Assembly: GCA_016928395.1 (NCBI GenBank)
Contig: JAFGKV010000061.1
Coordinates: 1-50,662 of the forward strand
Direction: 5' to 3'
Length of the DNA: 50,662 nt
Source: Candidatus Fermentibacterota bacterium
GTDB lineage: Bacteria > JAFGKV01
Below the pieces are notes generated by a model, which was not told where the DNA came from, did not search any database, and saw only the letters and a list, made by a program, of their open reading frames with translations. The position numbers and the translations under genes are program-made. This document shows, piece by piece, positions 1 through 8,404 of this stretch; within the stretch, counting starts at the first letter, position 1; each line of letters begins with the position of its first letter.

Positions 1-116
1 ACAGGAACCACGACGCGACACCCCTGGGGGTACTCGGGAGGATCGGAATCAAGACGGTAGCTGTAGGGCTTCCACGCAGGGATGGCCAGGAACACGTCGA
101 TAACCCGGGGAGGCAT
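1..116 (-). CDS. priA: Primosomal protein N' (PriA), 5' end only; runs off the window
   Basis: Manual translation from ATG at 116, 4 nt after the kinase stop: MPPRVIDVFLAIPAWKPYSYRLDSDPPEYPQGCRVVVP. This matches the PriA N-terminal pattern V-x-V...Y-x-Y...G-x-RV-x-VP. Not in the ORF track. Confidence 0.6.
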   Translation of the reverse strand, partial: MPPRVIDVFLAIPAWKPYSYRLDSDPPEYPQGCRVVVP

Positions 117-120
117 GTGG

Positions 121-3100
121 TCAGGGCCCATCGGGTGCACCCGTTTCGCGGCGGGGCAATACTACCTCGACCCTGGTGCCTCCGGAAGAAGAGTTCGTGA
201 TCTCTATGCTGCCACCGTGCGCCGCGACCAATGACCGACAGATCGACAAGCCCAGCCCCGTTCCCCCGGGGCGACGGCTGAATCCCGGTTCGAACACTCT
301 GTCCTTGAGCTCGGGAGGAATCCCTGGTCCCGTGTCATCACACCGTATGACCGCAGCATCGCCCCGCCGGAGCACGGCGATCTCCACCGTTCCTCCCCCC
401 TCGACCGCCTTGACCGCATTGTCGATGATATTCACGCACACCGTCCTGAGCGCTTCAGTGTCGCCCAGAACCACCAGTTCGGGAACCCGGCATGCGAGAC
501 CCACCACGATTCCCTTGCTCTCATAGTAGCTGTAGTCGTGCACGCACTGCGCTACGATAGGGCACAGATTCACGTTCTGGAAGGTGCGACCCGTGGCCCG
601 GGTGAACGATGACAGTTCCTTGAGGATGCCCTCCATGCGCCCCGCCTGACGCTCGATCATCTCAGTCGCCCTCGAAAGCACCTCGGCGAATCCTGGCCTA
701 CCGTCCTCGAACGCGCGCCTGAGATGCTGGGCCGAGAGCTTGATGGGAGTCAGGGGGTTCTTTATCTCATGTGCAGCCTCACGAGCGAATTCGGCCCAGG
801 TAAGAAGCCGCTGCCGTTCCATCAGCTCGGTCGCCTCCTCCATTACCACGACAACGCCTGATGCATGCTCGCCGATGGGCGCAGCGCTCGCTTGCCAGAT
901 CCGACGATCCTCGGGCCGGGTCAATGTCTCCCGAACCGGTGCACCGCGCTCCATGACGCGCCGCACAATCCCCTCAAGCGGACCACCCGCCAGCGACCAT
1001 CGCGGCTGTCCAGGAGCGATCCACGGCAGTAGTGGCTGCACTGCCGAATTCGCCTCTTGCACGCTGAGGTGACGATCCGTCACCAGCACTCCGGCGGCAA
1101 TATGCTCGAGGACCGTCTCCAAATGCGCCTTCTCATGGGCCACCGCGGCAGTGGTCGTGGAGAGCCGTGCCGTCATATCGCTCAAGGCGCGGCTTAAATT
1201 CCCCAACTCACCGGAAAGCGCAGGCCACTGCGTCTCGGCATCCTCTCCCACTGAAGCTGCCCGGGCGGTCAAACGTGATATGGGTGTGCTCACCCAGCGC
1301 GCTACCATGGATGAGAGAATCACGGTACCGGTAACCAGCGGGAGCAGAATGCCCAAGGCCCACAACTCAAAGACCGCCCACTGTGACTGGAGATGCGTCG
1401 GGCGATCCAGTCGTACACCGATGATGAGACTCTCGCCCAGCAGATCATCGGCCACCGGCGCAAACGCCCACCGACGGTGCACCACCGGCATCTGCGCCGA
1501 GGATGCCAATGCGTGAAGCGCGGACGAGGGGAGCAACCGCGGTATCGCCCACGCTCGCGGTGACAGCACTGCCGCAATAGCCTCTCCCTTGCGCCATGCG
1601 ACAGCCGTCCAGTCCTGTGTAGCGCCCAAAACCGCGTGGAGCCCATGATCGATCGGCTTCCGCACCAGCAATGCGCCCTGGGCGTGGGGAACCAGCGCAT
1701 GCACCAGGGGCTGTACCCCCGCAATCCAGAACAGCGACCTGCCACCGGTTGCGACGCGCACTAGCCCGGGTGGCAGGATCTCTCCCTCAGGTGACGGTGG
1801 AAAAACCACCCCATCCAAACTGAAGAGGTCGAGCTGAAGACCGCTTGCGCGTGTCCGTTCCGTGGCAACGGGCGGCCCCACCTGCGATGCCAACTCCGCG
1901 GCCTGTCGTAACCCTTCGAGACGAAATGAACCAGCCACATCCCGCGCCTTTGCGGCCGTCTCCATTTGACGATCCCGATCCCGGGCGGCGCGTTCCAACG
2001 ATGGCGTCAGCGCGGCCAAGGAGAACACCGGCCCTACCCCCACGACCAGAAGTAATGGCAACAGACGATCCCGGTACCGGTAGAACGCATGCCGTGACGG
2101 GGTAACCCACAGCCGACCAAGGGCAATCACCCCGTTGGCGGCCAGACAGAGCATGCCCGAGAGCGCAAGAAACGATGCCGCCTGGGCCCAGAACGACGGC
2201 TTCGCCACTGACAGCTCCACCACATGGGGACCGTCAGCGAACTCCCGCTGGAAACGGAGGGTCTCTGCGGTTCCCTCCTTCCGTCCCCGCCAGCCCATCT
2301 CCGGCCCGCTTCCCTCCTGGAGGGAGAGCAGGCCTCGATCAGACAAGACAAGCGCCCCGGGCCACCGGGTACCATCAGCCAGGGTCCCGAAGTCACCCGT
2401 AGGAAGTGAGGAAAGCAGGTCGGCCATCAACGATACTGCGACGGTGCGATCGCCCTGGGTAACTGCCGCATTGATCACGGCCCGGGGGGGCGTCAGCATC
2501 TCGGTGACATCCTCCCACTCCATGACCCGCCCCTGCGCCGGCTCGATAGGCGCCACACGGTGCTGAAGACCGAACGAGAGCCGGTCGCGGACGAAACCTC
2601 GCTCATCGAGCACGGCCAGCTGACCGGTCACGGGGAACAGACGGAACGGCCCGCGCCGCCACAGCTCATAGAGATCTTCCCGTTCCGCTCTCCAGTGACG
2701 AAGGCTCTCTCTCGCCAGGAACTGAAACCAAGGTCGCTGGTCTGAGGCCAATCGATCCGCCAGCCTTTCAACCTCAATGCGATGCATCCCGGCCAGGAGC
2801 CCATGGGCCTGAGGCAGGAAGGCGAGGCATGCGACGATTACCACAGCCGTTGCCCGGGTGACCGGCCAAAGACCCTGGCGCCTGATCAGCATCACCGTTG
2901 CCAGCAGTAGGGCTGCGCTTGGTATCCAGGCCGCATCACGCATCGTGGCAAGAAGACCCACGGCCGAACCAAGACAGACCAAAGGAAGTGGCGCATGGGC
3001 CAAGAAGAATGCGAAGGCCACGAAGAGCGACACGCCCGAGGCGACAAGAGCCCACACTTCCGGCATGGTTGCTATGCGCTCCAGCGGGGCTACCGGTATG

Positions 3101-4065
3101 GTGCAATAGGGCGCGGCACTCCTCCACAGCCATAGCAGCACTGATGCGGCACTACACGCCCCGACCGTTGCTGCGCCCACGAGGGGAACGCGCCATCGGC
3201 CGAAACCCTTCCCGTCTCGCAGCAGGCTCGCCAAAAGAAGAACGCTGAGGGAGCTGGCCAGAGCATCGCCCGGGCTGTGGAACAGAAAGAGAGGCGCCGC
3301 AAACACGTCTGGCATGAACAGGGCGCCTGCGGGCTGGGCCAGGGTCAGACCAATGCGGGCCGCCAGGATGGTCAGGGAGGCCAGCGCCCAACGCTTCTGT
3401 GCGCCAAGCCCGAGAATCTCAGCCATGAGTAACAGCACCAGAGGATACAGCGCCCATGGGCCAAAGAATCGAATTCCGCGGGGGGCATAGATCGACTCGT
3501 GAGTGCTGCCCTCGCCCAGATGCATGACGGTATCGACTCTGGCGGACAGGGCCACCGGCGCCAACGCGACAAGGAGTAGGTCCTGCAGAGAGTCCGCGCG
3601 CATGAGATAGCAGCCATCGCGGGCGGCCACCGCCCATCTACCGGGGAGGGGCGTACTCCATGACCGGGGGACCTCTCCTGCCCAGGCCACCGGGCCGTCG
3701 GCCCCGAGCAGGACAGCCCCGGTTCCCGGGAACGCCGACGTCACCGAATCCAGCACACTGCGACTTGAAGCGAAGCTAGGGCTGAATTCCTTGTCTACCA
3801 AGGTCTCAAGCGCCGCCGCCACTTCATTGATCCTGTGCTCGGCCGCCGCAAGATCGTGTCTGAGTCGAGCGGATGATCCGAGCCGCTCAACCGCGTGGGT
3901 TGCGGCCAAGAGCCCCAAAAGAACACAGGCAACCCGCATTCCCCGGGAACCAGCGCAACGGGCTCCGATGAGCGACAGGATCCATGGCAGCGGCAGAAGC
4001 CACTGGTAGATGGGTTCTGTACCTGCGGTGAGAGATAGGGCGGCGGCGACGAGGAGACCTGCCAC
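121..4065 (-). CDS. Very large multi-TM sensor histidine kinase (NtrY-like C-terminus: HAMP-PAS-HisKA-HATPase)
   Basis: H-box AHEIKNPLTPIKLSAQHL, N-box NIIDNAVKA, G1 DTGPGIP, F-box FEPGFS, G2 GTGLGL; HAMP PISRL..GELGNLSRAL; many N-terminal hydrophobic segments. Confidence 0.9.
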   Translation of the reverse strand: MAGLLVAAALSLTAGTEPIYQWLLPLPWILSLIGARCAGSRGMRVACVLLGLLAATHAVERLGSSARLRHDLAAAEHRINEVAAALETLVDKEFSPSFASSRSVLDSVTSAFPGTGAVLLGADGPVAWAGEVPRSWSTPLPGRWAVAARDGCYLMRADSLQDLLLVALAPVALSARVDTVMHLGEGSTHESIYAPRGIRFFGPWALYPLVLLLMAEILGLGAQKRWALASLTILAARIGLTLAQPAGALFMPDVFAAPLFLFHSPGDALASSLSVLLLASLLRDGKGFGRWRVPLVGAATVGACSAASVLLWLWRSAAPYCTIPVAPLERIATMPEVWALVASGVSLFVAFAFFLAHAPLPLVCLGSAVGLLATMRDAAWIPSAALLLATVMLIRRQGLWPVTRATAVVIVACLAFLPQAHGLLAGMHRIEVERLADRLASDQRPWFQFLARESLRHWRAEREDLYELWRRGPFRLFPVTGQLAVLDERGFVRDRLSFGLQHRVAPIEPAQGRVMEWEDVTEMLTPPRAVINAAVTQGDRTVAVSLMADLLSSLPTGDFGTLADGTRWPGALVLSDRGLLSLQEGSGPEMGWRGRKEGTAETLRFQREFADGPHVVELSVAKPSFWAQAASFLALSGMLCLAANGVIALGRLWVTPSRHAFYRYRDRLLPLLLVVGVGPVFSLAALTPSLERAARDRDRQMETAAKARDVAGSFRLEGLRQAAELASQVGPPVATERTRASGLQLDLFSLDGVVFPPSPEGEILPPGLVRVATGGRSLFWIAGVQPLVHALVPHAQGALLVRKPIDHGLHAVLGATQDWTAVAWRKGEAIAAVLSPRAWAIPRLLPSSALHALASSAQMPVVHRRWAFAPVADDLLGESLIIGVRLDRPTHLQSQWAVFELWALGILLPLVTGTVILSSMVARWVSTPISRLTARAASVGEDAETQWPALSGELGNLSRALSDMTARLSTTTAAVAHEKAHLETVLEHIAAGVLVTDRHLSVQEANSAVQPLLPWIAPGQPRWSLAGGPLEGIVRRVMERGAPVRETLTRPEDRRIWQASAAPIGEHASGVVVVMEEATELMERQRLLTWAEFAREAAHEIKNPLTPIKLSAQHLRRAFEDGRPGFAEVLSRATEMIERQAGRMEGILKELSSFTRATGRTFQNVNLCPIVAQCVHDYSYYESKGIVVGLACRVPELVVLGDTEALRTVCVNIIDNAVKAVEGGGTVEIAVLRRGDAAVIRCDDTGPGIPPELKDRVFEPGFSRRPGGTGLGLSICRSLVAAHGGSIEITNSSSGGTRVEVVLPRRETGAPDGP

Positions 4066-4071
4066 GCCGGA

Positions 4072-4686
4072 TCAATTAACCAGGTGGAGCCAATCCCTCA
4101 GGAGGAAAAGAAACCTGCCGATAAGAAGAGTGATTCTGCTCATCGCGGCGTACCCGAAGGACGCACCAAAAGAGATCATGAGCGTATAGAGCCCTGTGAT
4201 GGCGGCCAGGCCGCGGATGCCCCGAGGCTCCCTGGTGAATGAGAAATACGCCATGGTGGAAAGCACACACACCGCAATGACCAGCGAGTCAAACCCAGCA
4301 TCGGAAGAAAGCCCGACGGGCACCATGGTCGCCCTCATCTGCTCCAGGATCAGATTCTGCACGAGGCCGGGCACCGCAAAGCCCGCCGCGATGGCTGCAG
4401 CGATGGTGACACCAAGGGTTCCCAGAGCATTCCGGCGGAGCGCCGTAAAGGCAATGCCCGCCATGAGCGGCAGAGCCAGGAGTACTGCTGCCATGTCCCC
4501 AGGATGCCTCGCGGCAGCCACGAGGCGTGGAAGCATGCCATTGAACACGATTGTCACCAGGGCATAGCCCGCAGCCATCCCGAGCCCGACATGCTCTATG
4601 CATCGGAACACAGGGTTCTCCCGATACAGGATGGAGAACACGCCTAGGGTCAGGAGAGCAGGAACCAGCAATGCGGGATCGAGCAT
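4072..4686 (-). CDS. Uncharacterised polytopic membrane protein (partner in the DUF6754-type cluster)
   Basis: Start refined to ATG 4686, 1 nt after the upstream stop. About 6 hydrophobic segments; motifs SILYRENPVFRCIEH, YFSFTRE and MISFGASFGYAAMSR. Confidence 0.75.
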   Translation of the reverse strand: MLDPALLVPALLTLGVFSILYRENPVFRCIEHVGLGMAAGYALVTIVFNGMLPRLVAAARHPGDMAAVLLALPLMAGIAFTALRRNALGTLGVTIAAAIAAGFAVPGLVQNLILEQMRATMVPVGLSSDAGFDSLVIAVCVLSTMAYFSFTREPRGIRGLAAITGLYTLMISFGASFGYAAMSRITLLIGRFLFLLRDWLHLVN

Positions 4687-4687
4687 C

Positions 4688-5533
4688 CTAGTAAGGTGTC
4701 CTTTCAAGCCACCGTGCCGCGAAGAACGAGGCATTGCCCACTACGATCAACAGAACAAGAAGAACATGGGCTGTGGACTGGGCAGACAGCGCCCGGAGGG
4801 CCTCCGCTGGACGCCCCGCCAACTGCTCATACTCCGCAGCGCCCCGCAACCCGGCGATGAGCCCGGTGATAGTCCGCGCATCGATGAAGCTCTGGAAGGT
4901 TGGCCCAATACCGCCTCCGAGCCCTACGATGATTGGGGCATGGAACCGCCCGGTCCCATAGATCACCCAGTCTTGGGCGGTAGTGCCGGATGCGATCACT
5001 GCAACGAGCTGATAATCCGCGTATCCCGACAGCGAGGAAGACAAAGGAAGATCGCTCAACGAGTTGCCTCTATGATCCCGCGGAAACACCGCATAGGGGG
5101 CCGTTGCCAGGGAGATGATGACTCCGGGTGCCGAGGGGCGGTACCCGAGAAACACCCAATCGGTGCCGTAGGTCTTGCCGCTGGCCGCAGCCAGTTCGGC
5201 GATAGTCTCCTCGACCAGCCCGACCCCCTGCGCATCAAAACAGCTAACCACCATCCGCGCATTGCGTGAGAACACCTCTTCCACCAAGGTCACGACCATG
5301 GGTTCCAGCTCGAAGGCCGTGCCGGCATTGTATTCCACCGCCAGGAGTACGGTCTCCCCCTCCGCCAGTTGCGCGATCGCACGGTGGAAACTCTGGCTCT
5401 CCTCGGCAGGTATGAGCCGTGTGGTGGAGGCTGCCAAAAGCGGTAGTGCCACGGCACACGCAACGAGTAGATAGATGATCCTCCGGTCGATCCGTGACAG
5501 CGATGCCAGTAGACCAAGATAGCTGATCCTCAT
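4688..5533 (-). CDS. Uncharacterised membrane-anchored alpha/beta domain protein (DUF6754-type cluster)
   Basis: Start ATG 5533 overlaps the upstream TGA (ATGA). N- and C-terminal TM helices; motifs IDRRIIY, ELEPM, YGTDWVFLGY and GLRGAAEYE. Confidence 0.75.
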   Translation of the reverse strand: MRISYLGLLASLSRIDRRIIYLLVACAVALPLLAASTTRLIPAEESQSFHRAIAQLAEGETVLLAVEYNAGTAFELEPMVVTLVEEVFSRNARMVVSCFDAQGVGLVEETIAELAAASGKTYGTDWVFLGYRPSAPGVIISLATAPYAVFPRDHRGNSLSDLPLSSSLSGYADYQLVAVIASGTTAQDWVIYGTGRFHAPIIVGLGGGIGPTFQSFIDARTITGLIAGLRGAAEYEQLAGRPAEALRALSAQSTAHVLLVLLIVVGNASFFAARWLERTPY

Positions 5534-6153
5534 GATCGCCCTCCGCCGGATGGCCCCTGGACGCCGAGAATCACGCGAAACGCGGTAGCGACAGCAGCAA
5601 GGCCCATGCCGATCCACAAACCGCGGGTGGCGGCGACATTGGGACCGCGGATGATCCACGTGGCGAAAACTGAGATCCTTGGGATCATCTGCTCTCCCAG
5701 CGGGATCCTGGCCAGAAGCACCACAAGTGCCGATATGAGGAGTATGGTGGCCGGCGCCGAGGTGAGCCGGAAGCTACGAAACACTGCGGAGGCCATGTAG
5801 AATGCCAGCAAACTCAACATCGAGGCCTGGATCGGCTGCAAGACTGACCCGTAGAGCGCTCCAAAGGCGGTGGCTGCGGTGGTGCCAAAGAGACCCGCAA
5901 TCAGCATGGCGGCCATGCTGCCCAGCATCAGCATCGGGTAGATCCGCTGCGAGAGGGAACCGGAGCGGACACGGGCCAGCTGTCTGCGGATCAGCGCTAG
6001 TATGCCCGCCACCAGCGCCGCCGCCTGCAGGAGAACCAGCCAGTCGACCAATCTGGCCTCCACCCATTGACCTGCCTGATGGGGCACAAAGTAGACCAGA
6101 ATGGCGGCCCCACCGAGGAGGATAGCCAGCGGACGAGTCAGGGCGCGGAGCAT
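5530..6153 (-). CDS. Uncharacterised polytopic membrane protein (DUF6754-type cluster)
   Basis: About 6 TM segments; motif SMLSLLAFYMASAVFRSFR...GPNVAATRG. Abuts the upstream stop. Confidence 0.75.
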   Translation of the reverse strand: MLRALTRPLAILLGGAAILVYFVPHQAGQWVEARLVDWLVLLQAAALVAGILALIRRQLARVRSGSLSQRIYPMLMLGSMAAMLIAGLFGTTAATAFGALYGSVLQPIQASMLSLLAFYMASAVFRSFRLTSAPATILLISALVVLLARIPLGEQMIPRISVFATWIIRGPNVAATRGLWIGMGLAAVATAFRVILGVQGPSGGGRS

Positions 6154-7326
6154 CTACTCCCCGCCCGTGGAGAAAAGCCTGACATACCAACTCACTCCCA
6201 GCTTTGCTGCTGCCACCCCCACTAGAATGAGTATCCACACCAGCAGCTTGAGCCTGTCCTGCACGAGACCCGCCGCCCGGCAGCCGCCGGGGGCGAGAAC
6301 AGGGCCGGCGAGCAAAATCTCCTCCCCGATGAGGGTTAGATCACATGTTGCCACGAGAAACGGCGTCTCCCCGATGTCCGTCGTCCCCGCCACTGCAACA
6401 CCGCCGCTTCGACTGAGTGCTTCAGAGAGCAAGAATGCCTCGGCACCCATCCCCCCCACCACCACTCCGACTCCAGGCCTCTGTCGCAAAGCCTCGCCGG
6501 TGAACGAGAGACTGAATATCAGGGGATCAGGACTGAGGAAATCCGGCGTGTGGCGAGGCAGAAGCTCCGAGGCCAGGGCGTGCGCCATGGGATCCGACGT
6601 ATAGACGATCGGGTCTCCAGTTTCACGTTCTCCGAGGCGAAGCACCTGTTCCAGAAGCGTCAGGGACGCGATCGTTCCCATGTCGCCGAACCCCGCGGTA
6701 CCGGGAATGTAGACGGTTGGGCCCTGATGGCGGCGACTCAGTATCTCAGTCAGAGTGCGCGCCGCTGGAAGCAGCCACTCCTGCTCGTCCGGGAGCCTCC
6801 TGGTAACCAAGAGCACCAGCAGGATAACCATGATGCCACCCATGACGGATAGCCGATTCGTGTCCAGCCACTGGCTCTTGCTCAGTGCAGCCTGACTCAC
6901 TCTGGAATCGGAATGAGATCCGCTCTGAGAGTTTGTGCGAACGACGTAGTAGTAAGGCGTCCCCCGAAACGCCGTACGGTCGCGAAACCGATCGGTGCCG
7001 GGACCGAGAGTCACCAAGGAAAGGAACGGACCCTCCGGCGACTCTGCACGAAGCACCTCATACCCACCGACAGTCGCTTTTCCCAACCCTTCGTCCAGTG
7101 AAGGCGTCCAGAAGAGATCAATGACGCCACCGGCATCATTGGGGGCATCGAGTACTACAAGACTCTCCACGGGGTTCGGCGCGAGCGTATCGGAGGGAAA
7201 ATCGGCGGTCGCGGCAGCGGGCATCTGGGTGGTGGCGTTGAGTGAGTCAACAGGAGACGCCATGTCGAAGGGCTGGCTGGCTATGACCGAAGGCAATAGA
7301 ACCCAGACCAGTGCGATCCGTGTCAT
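6154..7326 (-). CDS. Signal peptide + fibronectin type III domain + TM + DUF6754-like domain protein
   Basis: FN3 signature LFWTPS..GYEVLRA..FRDRTA..YYYVVR; TM; C-terminal AGT..PFLVATCDLTLIGEE recalled as a DUF6754 motif; final TM. Confidence 0.75.
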   Translation of the reverse strand: MTRIALVWVLLPSVIASQPFDMASPVDSLNATTQMPAAATADFPSDTLAPNPVESLVVLDAPNDAGGVIDLFWTPSLDEGLGKATVGGYEVLRAESPEGPFLSLVTLGPGTDRFRDRTAFRGTPYYYVVRTNSQSGSHSDSRVSQAALSKSQWLDTNRLSVMGGIMVILLVLLVTRRLPDEQEWLLPAARTLTEILSRRHQGPTVYIPGTAGFGDMGTIASLTLLEQVLRLGERETGDPIVYTSDPMAHALASELLPRHTPDFLSPDPLIFSLSFTGEALRQRPGVGVVVGGMGAEAFLLSEALSRSGGVAVAGTTDIGETPFLVATCDLTLIGEEILLAGPVLAPGGCRAAGLVQDRLKLLVWILILVGVAAAKLGVSWYVRLFSTGGE

Positions 7327-8030
7327 GCCTCGACCCGATCCACGTGGCGTTTTGTCTTGTATACCTTCGCCATGATGCGCATCACATCCTCGTCACCGAG
7401 TGCCAGGACGGTCTGAAGCTTCCTGAAGCTCATCTTCTCCCTGTCGGTGAGCTTCTGATGACTGCTTGAGACTCGGTACCGATCGAGATAGGTCTGGCGG
7501 GCCACTGAGCGGGCAAGCCGGTCACCGATCCCGAACGCCTTGGTCAGTCGAACGACATCGTCACGAGAGACGTTGTCTATATAGGCGGAGCTGGTCATAC
7601 GATCAAGCCTGCCTGCATAATCAAAGAGCTTCTGATGCCTAGAGAGTCCCCAGTATACAGCGGCAGTGGCGGCAACACCGCACACGAGAACGAGGAGAAC
7701 ATACACCCAATCCCGCGAGGCCGATGTCGGTTCGGCGGGCTCGGTGGGCCCACCGGTGGTCGGCGGGACAACGTGCTCCAACGTCACGAGGTCTTTGAAG
7801 ATCCAGCCCATGGTCCGCTCGTCGATCCTTACGCGAACCCACTGGCCCTCCATCTCCAGCACGTCGAACGCCTCTCCTTCAAACACCCGGCGCAACACGG
7901 CGCTCGATGTGCTCGGCTCTGTACGAACATTTGCCCAGCGCCGGGCAACCAAAGCTTTCCCCGCGCCGGATTCCTGAGCCTGCATAAGGGAGGCAACGAG
8001 CAAGACCACAACGATGCAGAATCGCCGCAC
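7323..8030 (-). CDS. SH3b-domain single-pass membrane protein
   Basis: GTG start at 8030 with RBS GAGGAGGA; signal peptide; SH3b motif ANVRTEPSTSS..GEAFDVL..WVRV..GWI; Pro/Thr linker; TM; helical C-terminal domain. Stop overlaps the next ATG. Confidence 0.8.
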   Translation of the reverse strand: MRRFCIVVVLLVASLMQAQESGAGKALVARRWANVRTEPSTSSAVLRRVFEGEAFDVLEMEGQWVRVRIDERTMGWIFKDLVTLEHVVPPTTGGPTEPAEPTSASRDWVYVLLVLVCGVAATAAVYWGLSRHQKLFDYAGRLDRMTSSAYIDNVSRDDVVRLTKAFGIGDRLARSVARQTYLDRYRVSSSHQKLTDREKMSFRKLQTVLALGDEDVMRIMAKVYKTKRHVDRVEA

Positions 8031-8404
8031 GGACGGAGGTTCCTCCTCAAAAGCGAAGAAGATGCGATTCGGGAAAGGGAAGTAAGAAACCCAATCTCCC
8101 GTGGAAGGCAACCGTTTCACCGGACAACTGCCCGGGGCGCCTGATTCCCGAAGGGGAAACAAGCCGGCCCGAGAAGTGCGTCAGTCAACCGTCATCGCAG
8201 AACTACCCCCAGCGTGCGGAATGAGTCTACGTGCTCCAAGGGGAGGAGTCGCGAATAGGGGCGCACCCCCGTACCTGTTCCTTCGCACGCCGGTGTTCAC
8301 CGACGCGACCCATCGGATGGCCGCGAATGGAACTTCCCCGGACGCGCCGGCTGCCTATATTGGCTCGCTCGATCCAAAACAGGACACTATGTGTGGAGGA
8401 CATT

